Below, one piece after another: positions 7,006 through 14,944 of a stretch of DNA of 43,114 nt. Positions within the stretch are counted from its first letter, which is position 1, and each line of letters starts with the position of its first letter. The position numbers were made by a program, and so were the translations under genes. Below the pieces are notes generated by a model that did not search any database, was not told the DNA's origin, and saw only the letters and a list, made by a program, of their open reading frames with translations. The DNA is from a virus: IMG/VR virus record IMGVR_UViG_3300045988_047887; one strand, given 5' to 3'.

Positions 7006-8172
7006 ATGGCAACACTGAGACTATATTTAGATACAAGAGTAAAAAGGCAGGACGGCACGTTCTCCATCCGTCTTGCCGTCAACCATCACGGTGGGACAGC
7101 CTTCATATCCCTTAATCAATACTGCAAGAAAGATGAATGGGATAAAAGGGCTTGTAAAGTGCGCAAGCGTCCCGATCGTGATGCTGTCAACGACTTCCTT
7201 CTTGACCGTCTGAATTTCTATAATAGAATGATGATGAAGGCGCAATGCAGGGAAACATACCGTGGCGATATTACGGCTAGGGAGCTTCGTGACTTAATCA
7301 TCCTTGAAGCTGAGCCTGCAAGGGAAAAGGTCGCCCTGCTTCGTGATGGCTTCATCGCATACGAGGGGAGAAACCTAAAAAAGAACACGATCAATAGATA
7401 CAAGTACACTTGGGCAAAGATTGAAGCTTTCATCGGAAAGGAAAAAGCGGCTCTGCTTACATACGATGAGATTAACCGCTCTTGGCTTGAAGACTTCGAT
7501 GCGTTCATGACAAAGGAGGGCTTGTCTAGGAATACCAGAACCAGCAGGATGCTCTGTGTCGCTGCTGTCTTCAACTTTGCGATAGATAATGAGCAAACGA
7601 AAAACTACCCTTTCCGCAGGTACAGTCTCCGGCTTGAGACAACGAAAAAGCGAGACTTGTCTGTTGAGGAAATCCGCTCTATCTTCGAAGCTGGTGGTGA
7701 TGAGCTGGTCGACATGTTCCTACTGATGTTCCTGCTGATTGGTATCAATGTGCGTGACTTGTTTACCTTGACAAAGGAGAATATCGTCCGTGGCAGACTT
7801 GAATACGACCGGGCGAAGACTGGCAGGCATTACTCCATCCTTCTTCATCCCGAAGCTCTCCGAATCATCGAGAAGTACAAAGGGGAAAAGAAGCTGCTTC
7901 GCTTCTCGGAGCATTTCAAGAACGTTGATTCTGCAACGGTCATGATAAATAAGAAACTCGCAAAGGTTCGCCCTGGGCTTACTACGTACTACGCTCGCCA
8001 TACGTGGGCTTCCATCGCCTTCAACCTTGGAATACCAAAGGACGTAATATCGCTGGCACTGGGTCACTCGTTCGGTGTCCGTGTCACTGATACCTACATC
8101 AATGCAGACTTGTCTCGTGTGGATGAAGCCAACCGCATGGTTATTGATTACGTGCTATACAACAAGAAATAG
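7006..8172 (+). CDS. int: tyrosine site-specific integrase (Bacteroidota phage type, Arm-binding N-domain)
   Basis: The N-terminus is LYLDTRVKRQDGTFSIRLAVNHHG. The C-terminus is ARHTWASIAFNLGIPKDVISLALGHS...TDTYI, which contains the R, HxxR and Y catalytic signature. Confidence 0.9.
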   Translation: MATLRLYLDTRVKRQDGTFSIRLAVNHHGGTAFISLNQYCKKDEWDKRACKVRKRPDRDAVNDFLLDRLNFYNRMMMKAQCRETYRGDITARELRDLIILEAEPAREKVALLRDGFIAYEGRNLKKNTINRYKYTWAKIEAFIGKEKAALLTYDEINRSWLEDFDAFMTKEGLSRNTRTSRMLCVAAVFNFAIDNEQTKNYPFRRYSLRLETTKKRDLSVEEIRSIFEAGGDELVDMFLLMFLLIGINVRDLFTLTKENIVRGRLEYDRAKTGRHYSILLHPEALRIIEKYKGEKKLLRFSEHFKNVDSATVMINKKLAKVRPGLTTYYARHTWASIAFNLGIPKDVISLALGHSFGVRVTDTYINADLSRVDEANRMVIDYVLYNKK

Positions 8173-8202
8173 CCCTTATTTTTTGCGAATTTGGCACAGA
8201 AA

Positions 8203-8274
8203 CGGCTCAAATTGTTTTCGGGGATAGTTTTACGTGCTTACTACGTAAGCGGCTCATAACTCAAATTTCGGGGA
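8203..8274. repeat. imperfect direct repeats CGGCTCA..TTTCGGGGA flanking a TTACGT-N7-ACGTAA palindrome (possible arm-type or att sites)
   Basis: The repeats are at 8203-8224 and 8250-8274. The palindrome is at 8230-8248. Confidence 0.4.
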
Positions 8275-8280
8275 AAATCA

Positions 8281-8330
8281 AAAAAAGAGTACAAAAATAC
8301 CCCAGCGGTGAAAAAGTCGAGCCGCTGGGG
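8281..8330 (-). terminator. rho-independent terminator
   Basis: A 9-bp GC-rich stem with a 13-nt loop is followed by TATTTTTGTACTCTTTTTT on the minus strand. Confidence 0.65.
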
Positions 8331-8358
8331 TAATAAGTGGGAACCACTTTAAACATTC
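8285..8358 (-). ncRNA. candidate ~75-nt sRNA (two stem-loops)
   Basis: The predicted start is about 8358. SL1 is AAGTGG/CCACTT at 8335-8349. SL2 is CCCCAGCGG/CCGCTGGGG at 8300-8330, followed by a T-run on the minus strand. There is no ORF. Confidence 0.4.
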
Positions 8359-8365
8359 AGTGCTG

Positions 8366-8397
8366 CAAAGGTACGATTTTCCTTTGAAACCACCAAA
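8366..8397 (-). promoter_or_regulatory. consensus Bacteroidota promoter firing leftward
   Basis: On the minus strand, TTTG (8397-8394) is followed by 20 nt and then TACCTTTG (8373-8366). Confidence 0.55.
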
Positions 8398-8551
8398 TTA
8401 TTTACCGAAAAATTTCTTCCTCAACAAATCATTGATGAATCGTGACTTGTTGGGTAGTGCGTTGAGGAAAGGCAGCAGGTCGTTGTCTATCTGTATGCCT
8501 ACGAGGGTAACCGTCTTGCCTGCTCCCTTCTTCGTTCTCTTGATGTTTCCT

Positions 8552-9025
8552 CTACTCTTCTCCATATCTGTCTTTTTTAAATTGTCTGTCCAACTTCGTT
8601 TTCATTCGGTTCATCTTGTGCTCCAGCTTGCCAATCTGCTTATAAGATAACCACTCCGGCTTGATATTCAACTCCAACCAATACTGGCGCATTTCCTTGC
8701 AATGTCTGGCGATGCTCGGGAAATAGAGGTGTCGCTCGTATGGATTGCGAAGGAAGTACTTGCAATCGGATAGCATACGACCAAGCATCATGTATTTATG
8801 CTCCTGCCCTTCTCCGAGACTTACAAGTCTTCCGTTGTCCCCGATCCAAAGCATTGCGCCCTCTCCCTTCCATTCGAAATCGAACGCCTTGCTTACTGGA
8901 TAATAATAACCGTCGAGCACCGTACCCTCCTTGAGGTCTCGCCCAATCTCTAACAAGCAGGTTCTTCCCCAGCTGGTCGTTACCTCGACCACCGCTTGTG
9001 CTGGTATCTTGTCGTATTCCTTCAT
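8552..9025 (-). CDS. hypothetical protein (157 aa)
   Basis: It is the last gene of the accessory operon. The segment YMMLGRMLSDCKYFLRNP...KPEWLSYKQI is loosely reminiscent of polyvalent-protein-associated domains, but this is unverified. Confidence 0.6.
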   Translation of the reverse strand: MKEYDKIPAQAVVEVTTSWGRTCLLEIGRDLKEGTVLDGYYYPVSKAFDFEWKGEGAMLWIGDNGRLVSLGEGQEHKYMMLGRMLSDCKYFLRNPYERHLYFPSIARHCKEMRQYWLELNIKPEWLSYKQIGKLEHKMNRMKTKLDRQFKKDRYGEE

Positions 9026-9037
9026 ATCTTGATAAAT

Positions 9038-9259
9038 TTAAATTTCTCGTTCCGTGATATAATACTCGAATACCACTCTACCAGTCTTAACCTTGAAGTA
9101 TCGGTCGCCTTCTTCCAGCATTTCTGCATGTGGGTTGTTTCTGAAGGTTTCCTTAATTCGAGAAAACGCTTCCTCCATTCTCTCCTTGGTTCTGTAGTCT
9201 TCGATGTGGCTATCAACTGTCCCAAGGCTATTTTTGCCGTTCAAAATGTATTGTTTCAT
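9038..9259 (-). CDS. hypothetical protein (73 aa)
   Basis: The start was chosen at MKQYIL, directly after the stop of the small Cys-rich ORF. Confidence 0.5.
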   Translation of the reverse strand: MKQYILNGKNSLGTVDSHIEDYRTKERMEEAFSRIKETFRNNPHAEMLEEGDRYFKVKTGRVVFEYYITEREI

Positions 9260-9264
9260 ATCTT

Positions 9265-9369
9265 TTAATCTTCTTGTGTTCTTAAATACTCTGCAAAAAT
9301 CGGGCACTTTTGGCAGTTGCTGCACCCTCTTTGACTTTCGCAAATCTTATCCAATTCCTGTTCTGTCAT
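9265..9369 (-). CDS. possible 34-aa Cys-rich peptide
   Basis: Hand translation gives MTEQELDKICESQRGCSNCQKCPIFAEYLRTQED*. Confidence 0.3.
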   Translation of the reverse strand: MTEQELDKICESQRGCSNCQKCPIFAEYLRTQED

Positions 9370-9374
9370 AATAT

Positions 9375-9560
9375 TTATTTTAAGATGAATACTCTAGTCT
9401 GCTGACCTTTTCCGTTTCTGTTCCAGTACATTGTTCCGTCAACTGAATAATCGACAGCCCCACCGCTGCAAACGTACTCTGTACCTAACTTATCCCAATA
9501 GTGCTGACCTTTGTTTCTTACCTTTGCCAGTGTTACCTTTACCATTTTTGATGTATCCAT
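9375..9560 (-). CDS. hypothetical protein (61 aa)
   Basis: It is an ORF within the packed operon. Confidence 0.5.
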   Translation of the reverse strand: MDTSKMVKVTLAKVRNKGQHYWDKLGTEYVCSGGAVDYSVDGTMYWNRNGKGQQTRVFILK

Positions 9561-9597
9561 ATTCTTGTTGTTTTGTGCAGGGCTTGCGCCCTGCTGG

Positions 9598-9828
9598 TTA
9601 ATACTTTTCTATCCAGTACTCAGTTTTAAAATTCACGCATAAGCCTGCAAATTCCGACTTGAAATAACCTTGACGTACCCAGTATGGATAATGTCTATCG
9701 GCTTCCTTTAGTCCCTTGAACAGCTTGTTCAAGAATCGCTCTGCCTTGTCCTTGCGTGTAAAGTTTGCCAACTCCTCGCTGTCCTTGCCTTCCATCTGTC
9801 TCTTGATGTAATATTTTGCTCTTGCCAT
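9598..9828 (-). CDS. hypothetical protein (76 aa)
   Basis: It is an ORF within the packed operon. Confidence 0.55.
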   Translation of the reverse strand: MARAKYYIKRQMEGKDSEELANFTRKDKAERFLNKLFKGLKEADRHYPYWVRQGYFKSEFAGLCVNFKTEYWIEKY

Positions 9829-9845
9829 TTCTCTGTCCTCCTTGA

Positions 9846-10094
9846 TTACTTAGCATAAAGAGTAACTACAAGTCCACGTCTCAAAGCGCAGCGGCAAGCG
9901 TCCAGACCTGCCTTCAATGCTCTCTTTACGAACTTATTGAAGAGTTCTGCACAGATGAGCTTCAAGATACCGCTTACACCTACAAGAGTGTTTATCTTCT
10001 TGCCGTCCTCTGTGCGTCCGAATACCTTGATGCGGAAGTTTGAGTTGATAAACTTTGTTGTGAACTCTAAAACGTTTGAATTTGACTTTTTCAT
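9846..10094 (-). CDS. hypothetical protein (82 aa)
   Basis: It is the first gene downstream of the 10170-10200 promoter. Confidence 0.55.
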   Translation of the reverse strand: MKKSNSNVLEFTTKFINSNFRIKVFGRTEDGKKINTLVGVSGILKLICAELFNKFVKRALKAGLDACRCALRRGLVVTLYAK

Positions 10095-10169
10095 TCTCTT
10101 TGGCTTAACCGTGTTGCCTAGGGCTTAAGTTACTGAATGTTTTATTGTGCTTATCTCCTAAACACGATG

Positions 10170-10228
10170 CAAAGATATTAATATTTTTCCGTTCCACCAA
10201 AATTTTTGCGGAAAGATATTAATATTTT
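10170..10228 (-). promoter_or_regulatory. promoter with two identical 17-bp operator-like repeats
   Basis: On the minus strand, TTTG (10200-10197) is followed by 19 nt and then TATCTTTG (10177-10170). AAAGATATTAATATTTT occurs at 10171-10187 and 10212-10228, each containing the palindrome ATATTAATAT. Confidence 0.6.
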
Positions 10229-10440
10229 AACTTTTATTTGCTGTTTATGACGTAAACATGGTTAATTTTGGCTGATTTCGGTCTTTTTTAGTCGTTTTTC
10301 TTATCCATAAATCAATGGCTATCAATCGGTTGCCTTAGTTTTCCACACTCTATATAATAACCTGCACGCATTAGCTAGAATGAATATAATCTAACTCTCA
10401 TATCCCCTACCCCTTTTCTCTCAATGAAAAGTGTTCTTCC

Positions 10441-10481
10441 ACAAAAATGGGCAGGAAAACGCTTTCCTTGCGTCCCTGCCC
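10441..10481 (-). terminator. rho-independent terminator after the lysis cassette
   Basis: A GGGCAGG/CCTGCCC stem (10449-10455 and 10475-10481) encloses an inner AGGAAA/TTTCCT hairpin. It is followed by ATTTTTG on the minus strand. Confidence 0.65.
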
Positions 10482-10509
10482 TTTCTAACAAATGATATTA
10501 TGATTGAAC

Positions 10510-11031
10510 CTATTGAACTCTCTTCTTGATGCGCTCCTTTATCCAGCAAGCCGCAAGAAGGAACAGAAACAGAATCACGCAATCGCCAATGAATAGCCTT
10601 ACCTTATGCCAAGTGCTCGCTGGCTTCTCTACCTCCTTGGTCTTGTATCTGTTCACGTAATACTTGACTTTCACGGTGTCGGTCACGAAAACGTATGTGT
10701 CGCCCACGATGGTGTCTGTCTTGGTCGTTGTCTTCCACCTTGTGGTCGTGAGGTGGTGCCACCGTTCCTTGATTACGGTGTCACCCTTGATATAGACAAG
10801 GACACTGTCCTGCCTGAATACGCTGTCCTGCTGCTGGGTCTCCTGCCAGTGGCTCTGTCGCTGGTTCACGCTGTCACGTCTTGCGCTGGTATGTGCGCTA
10901 TCGCGATAAACCGTGTTATTTTGCGCTGTTTTTGCGCAGGAACAGCCCAAAATCAAAAGTGGGGCAATTATAAGCATGACGAGAAATAACGCCACATAAC
11001 GCAAATTTCGCCCTTTTCTTGAATTTTCCAT
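10510..11031 (-). CDS. u-spanin-like lysis protein (N-terminal lipobox plus C-terminal TM)
   Basis: The LLILGC lipobox follows a signal-like segment, the middle is Thr/Val-rich and beta-like, and the C-terminus is VILFLFLLAACWI plus a basic tail. It lies directly after the endolysin. Confidence 0.55.
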   Translation of the reverse strand: MENSRKGRNLRYVALFLVMLIIAPLLILGCSCAKTAQNNTVYRDSAHTSARRDSVNQRQSHWQETQQQDSVFRQDSVLVYIKGDTVIKERWHHLTTTRWKTTTKTDTIVGDTYVFVTDTVKVKYYVNRYKTKEVEKPASTWHKVRLFIGDCVILFLFLLAACWIKERIKKRVQ

Positions 11032-11060
11032 ACTTTATAAACGTTAGATTGATATGTTTA

Positions 11061-11597
11061 TTATGCAAGCACCTTGATTTTCAAGGCTTCCTTGGCTCGA
11101 TTCAAGTACTTCTCGCAGTCTGCAAGTCCGTTGTACCCTCCGTTTATCTTCCTTCGGATAGCCTTCAAGTCGTCTTTGTCTGCAAGCTCATTGCATCCGA
11201 AGGTGTCGAATACCCACATCGAGGATTTCGTTGCTCCGAAAGGTCGCTCCAAAAGTTCGGGACTGCCCACAACATCGAAGCCGCAATAATTCGCATACTT
11301 CTTATAGTTCGCCCTGCCAGTTATCTGTATCAGTCCACGCCCCTTATACTTCACGCCATCGCCCTGCTGGGTGTTGCCGAGGTCTTTCCTGCCCTCGTAG
11401 GCTCTGCCGCTGGCTAGTTCCTTGGTGTATCTCAACTCTCCGCTTTCGTGGGCTATCTGTGCGAGATAGTGCGCCATTCGCAAAGGGGTGTTGATGTGAA
11501 AATGCTCTGCCCAGCCGTTGATGATTGGGAGGTAGGTGTCTGCCCTGCTGCCTGCATTCGGCATTATCTTAACCAGTTGCGCTCTAGTTATCCTCAT
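11061..11597 (-). CDS. endolysin, glycoside hydrolase family 19 (chitinase-like)
   Basis: YLAQIAHESGELRYTKE...GNTQQGDGVKYKGRGLIQITGRANY matches the GH19 catalytic-core pattern. Confidence 0.85.
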   Translation of the reverse strand: MRITRAQLVKIMPNAGSRADTYLPIINGWAEHFHINTPLRMAHYLAQIAHESGELRYTKELASGRAYEGRKDLGNTQQGDGVKYKGRGLIQITGRANYKKYANYCGFDVVGSPELLERPFGATKSSMWVFDTFGCNELADKDDLKAIRRKINGGYNGLADCEKYLNRAKEALKIKVLA

Positions 11598-12039
11598 TAT
11601 CTCCTCCTTTCTTCCGCTCTTCTCTCATTATCTCGACAACAGCCTTTGCGATTTCGTCCTTGTTCTCGAGTATTACCTGCATCGTTCGGTCTTGCTTGCG
11701 TATCTCTGCCTTCTCGTATGCCTTCTCCCGAATACTCTTGAACTCGCATGAAAGCAGATACACCGTCCATGCGATGGAGAATATCGGGAAGGGAGAGATA
11801 ATACATGTGGCTACGTCCATAAGCGCAGCAATGCCGAATGTCGGGAAGTACTTCTTCGCCTTGTCGCACGTCTTCTTCAATCCAGTTGACGTTCTTGCAA
11901 CATGCAGTTCCTTCGCCTTCTGAATGCCTGCAATCAAGTCAAGTGTCATCGCTATCAGTATGGTAGCGAAACAGATAAAAATCACTAGGGCGCAGAGATA
12001 TAGATGCTGCACCTGGAATTCATGTATTACTTCATTCAT
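11584..12039 (-). CDS. holin (Phage_holin_4/TcdE-like)
   Basis: The start at MNEVIHEF avoids overlap with the upstream gene. It has three hydrophobic segments and a DLIAGIQKA...GLKK motif, and it overlaps the endolysin start. Confidence 0.7.
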   Translation of the reverse strand: MNEVIHEFQVQHLYLCALVIFICFATILIAMTLDLIAGIQKAKELHVARTSTGLKKTCDKAKKYFPTFGIAALMDVATCIISPFPIFSIAWTVYLLSCEFKSIREKAYEKAEIRKQDRTMQVILENKDEIAKAVVEIMREERKKGGDNEDN

Positions 12040-12058
12040 ATCAATATTTGTTTTTGGT

Positions 12059-12544
12059 TTATTCCAATTTCTCCCAGTCGATGGTAACGCCCTTTCCGAT
12101 GATGTCTGCCGTCCACCTGCAGAATGCCATACCCTCGTATCCGTCCGGATCACTGGCTACGGCAATAGCATACTGTACGCAGTCGCTCTCGGTCTTGATT
12201 ACCTTCGGGTAGAAGTCCGCATAAGCCATATTAGCCAAATAGAGAATATCCCCGATGGTTGTGCCCTTGGAGATTACCTCGTTGTTTGTCGCAAGCCGGA
12301 TTTCGTCAACAGTCCATCGGTGGCTCGTTCCGTCTACGTTCTTCATCTGCTCGCTTGCCTTGATTGCTAGCTGCTTCGTGAAGTGGTAGCCGTGCTTGGC
12401 AACGTAGGCCACGTATCCGCTGGCTCCCATTATTGCCTTGGCTGCCTTCTCGTATGGCAAGCCGTGTATGATGTCGCTCTCTTGGTGCTGGTGTCGCTCT
12501 TCCTCGCTATCGCAGGAATGGCGCATAACGATTATTTTCTTCAT
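12059..12544 (-). CDS. hypothetical protein (161 aa)
   Basis: It is an ORF in the late operon. Confidence 0.65.
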   Translation of the reverse strand: MKKIIVMRHSCDSEEERHQHQESDIIHGLPYEKAAKAIMGASGYVAYVAKHGYHFTKQLAIKASEQMKNVDGTSHRWTVDEIRLATNNEVISKGTTIGDILYLANMAYADFYPKVIKTESDCVQYAIAVASDPDGYEGMAFCRWTADIIGKGVTIDWEKLE

Positions 12545-12555
12545 TGTGCGCCCTC

Positions 12556-13026
12556 CTATCCTAGTTTGTCGAGTAATTGCTTAACCATGCCACGAATGCC
12601 GCTTATATCGCCCTCAAGTGCCTTGAAACGCTTTTCTGTTTCCTGCTTCTCCTTGATTGCCGGGTTCAAAGCTGCGAGAAGTTCTTCGCCCTTGGCTTTT
12701 CGCTCCTTGCTTGGCTCGTATGCCTTGATTATCTCATCGGCTTCATTTACCAATTTCCCGACTTCGGGCAAAAGGTCTGCCTTGTCGGTTGCCAGTACGG
12801 TTTCGCCTGCAAAGGTAACTCCGAGGTGTTCGGGTATGGTGTAGATGGTCTGCTTTCCCTCTACCTCGATTGTTACGTCTCGCATTGGCTGTCCGCTGCT
12901 GGAAATGGTTGCGATGCCAGTGTTGATGTGCGGCTGGTTGTCTACGACCTTGCCTTCCTTAACTTCCACCGTCTGCTTGTCGAGCAGGTAGACTGGGTGA
13001 TTTCTCTGTATATTCTTAAATTCCAT
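12556..13026 (-). CDS. hypothetical protein (156 aa)
   Basis: It is an ORF with a C-terminal coiled-coil-like segment. Confidence 0.65.
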   Translation of the reverse strand: MEFKNIQRNHPVYLLDKQTVEVKEGKVVDNQPHINTGIATISSSGQPMRDVTIEVEGKQTIYTIPEHLGVTFAGETVLATDKADLLPEVGKLVNEADEIIKAYEPSKERKAKGEELLAALNPAIKEKQETEKRFKALEGDISGIRGMVKQLLDKLG

Positions 13027-13057
13027 AATGCGCTCTTTTTAGATAATTCGATAAATA

Positions 13058-13100
13058 AGACAAAAAGGGGTCTCACTGATAACACAGCGAGTTGCCCCTT
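13058..13100 (-). terminator. rho-independent terminator
   Basis: An AAGGGG/CCCCTT stem (13065-13070 and 13095-13100) has an inner CTCACTG/CAGCGAG extension and is followed by TTTTTG on the minus strand. Confidence 0.6.
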
Positions 13101-13121
13101 GATAGATTTTGTTTAGACCGC

Positions 13122-13958
13122 CTACGCTCCAGTGGTTGTTGTGGTCTTCAGTGCTGCGATGATTGTAGCGTTCTGTCTCTGCTGGCTCAACTCCAGGCGT
13201 GCATCGTTGTACTTCTGCTGCAAATCCTGCTGCCAGTGGTTGTTGAGAACGTCAACGATGCGCTGGGTGTTGTCTTGGTTCGAGCGGATGATGTCGCACT
13301 TATCCTGCTGAAGCTGGAAACCGAGTGCAGAAAATCCTCGCTCTACGCTGCGGTTGTTGAAGTCGAATCCTCGCTGCATTGAGTTGATGATGTCTTTCTG
13401 CCCCAGCTGGTTCTCGTAGCCCATACGGTTGATGTTCTGCTGGGTCTGGCAGCAACAGTCCTTCAGCTGCTGGATGATGTTGAGGTTCCCGAGGTTCGCT
13501 GCGTTGATTACTCGCTCTGCCGAATAACCAACCTTGCCGCCTACGTCTTGAATAGCTGCCTGAATGCCGCAAACGGAAGACTGCAAGGCGTTGAAGTCGC
13601 AGTTCAAGTTAGCTGCCAGCGTCTTCAAGTCTTGGTTGTTGCCCTGGATTGCTCCCATCAACAAGTCGCTGTTGTGGTTGTCGCTCATCTGATTGCGAAG
13701 GCTGTCAATCTGAGACTGGATTTCGGCACGCTGTACGTTGCCGTTCTGTCCGTTCCAGCCATCACCGTACATAAACCTGAACATTCCAAGCATCATCATG
13801 TAGGCGAAAGGGTTGTTCCAACCTCCACCCATACCACCGTTCATTGCTGCCAGCATAGTTGCTGGGTCATTGTCTCTACCTCTAGCGAGCAAGGCTGCTG
13901 CTAGGTTGTCATTGCCACCGTCCCCAGTGCAATAAACTTTCTCGATTGTGTCTGCCAT
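13122..13958 (-). CDS. Gly/Asn/Gln-rich protein with a CCC motif, function unknown
   Basis: The 278-aa product has GGMGGGWNNPFAYMMMLGMFRFMYGDGWNG followed by Q/N-rich repeats and LKDCCCQTQQ. It has its own promoter and terminator. Confidence 0.7.
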   Translation of the reverse strand: MADTIEKVYCTGDGGNDNLAAALLARGRDNDPATMLAAMNGGMGGGWNNPFAYMMMLGMFRFMYGDGWNGQNGNVQRAEIQSQIDSLRNQMSDNHNSDLLMGAIQGNNQDLKTLAANLNCDFNALQSSVCGIQAAIQDVGGKVGYSAERVINAANLGNLNIIQQLKDCCCQTQQNINRMGYENQLGQKDIINSMQRGFDFNNRSVERGFSALGFQLQQDKCDIIRSNQDNTQRIVDVLNNHWQQDLQQKYNDARLELSQQRQNATIIAALKTTTTTGA

Positions 13959-14007
13959 AAAATTTTGAGTTAATTATGTCGTGGAAGCCAAATATTGGAA
14001 TCCGCTG

Positions 14008-14039
14008 CAAAGTTACTCTGATTTTTGGCTCGCTCCAAA
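14008..14039 (-). promoter_or_regulatory. Bacteroidota-type promoter
   Basis: On the minus strand, TTTG (14039-14036) is followed by 20 nt and then TAACTTTG (14015-14008). Confidence 0.55.
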
Positions 14040-14110
14040 AAGTTAGTACACTGGTATTTATCGAATTATTGTCAAAGAACGCTTTTGGTTATTTTCTTTT
14101 TATTTTTTGA

Positions 14111-14449
14111 TTAAACACAAATCGGCTCAACGTCCTTGTTAAGCAAGGTCGCTTGTGCCGTGGCAAGTCGATAAACTCGAGACGTGCTGAGATAAGTGTA
14201 AGCCATCTTACAAAGATGTCTCACTGCTGGAACGGTGCGGTTTAATACGGTCGCAGTGGTCGTTATGCTGAATCCTGCGTGTATCATCTGCTCAACGACC
14301 ATACATCGTGTCATTACGAGGTTTTCGGCTCTCGACTTGCCGAGAACGTCTTCTCTCGTAATGCTCAACTCTCCGTTCTGAAGTTCAATAGCACAACACT
14401 TGATTACGTTGTCTATAACTCGCCATAGTTCTTTCTCCTTGTCATTCAT
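14111..14449 (-). CDS. DnaA C-terminal-like HTH protein (possible regulator)
   Basis: VLGKSRAENLVMTRCMVVEQMIHAGFSITTTATVLNRTVPAVRH resembles the DnaA domain IV pattern. Confidence 0.4.
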   Translation of the reverse strand: MNDKEKELWRVIDNVIKCCAIELQNGELSITREDVLGKSRAENLVMTRCMVVEQMIHAGFSITTTATVLNRTVPAVRHLCKMAYTYLSTSRVYRLATAQATLLNKDVEPICV

Positions 14450-14506
14450 ATATAATTTATTAAAATTATTGTATATATTTATATATATTTTCAGACGAAA
14501 ATTGTA

Positions 14507-14809
14507 TTATTCTACCCCAAGCATAGAATCAATCATTCCGTCAATGGTTTCATCGGTCATGCTCTTCTTAATAGTAGGATCTGCGCCAATTGACTTCATC
14601 ATCATAGCTACATAGGGGTTGTTACTCTCCAGCGTGGAGTGTATCTGCTCCTTGTATGCTTCGTGAAGTTCGCCCGATTCCTTGAAATCCAAAAGAACCG
14701 TGCGCAAGGCTTTCACTGCGTAGTTATCCATCAGCAAGGGATTGTCCCTTGCCGATGAAAGTTTGGTAAGAAGCACTGCCAGTGCTTCATATAATTGTTT
14801 CTTCTTCAT
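14507..14809 (-). CDS. hypothetical protein (100 aa)
   Basis: Only the ORF itself supports this call. Confidence 0.55.
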   Translation of the reverse strand: MKKKQLYEALAVLLTKLSSARDNPLLMDNYAVKALRTVLLDFKESGELHEAYKEQIHSTLESNNPYVAMMMKSIGADPTIKKSMTDETIDGMIDSMLGVE

Positions 14810-14944
14810 ATTGTCTTATTTCTTAATTTACAAAGTCTCGTCTTGGAGTTTTACTCTCCATACTTTGGCTCCTCATACACCAAGTTATGCTCATCTACGT
14901 AAGCCTTGGCTTCTGAGTATGTGTCAAACTCTACTCGGTGGCTG

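Noticed and set aside
8360-8650. 96-aa plus-strand ORF next to int
   Set aside because: It overlaps the 3' end of the minus-strand 157-aa gene and the promoter/sRNA region. The sequence is hydrophobic and low-complexity, and it has no upstream promoter box.
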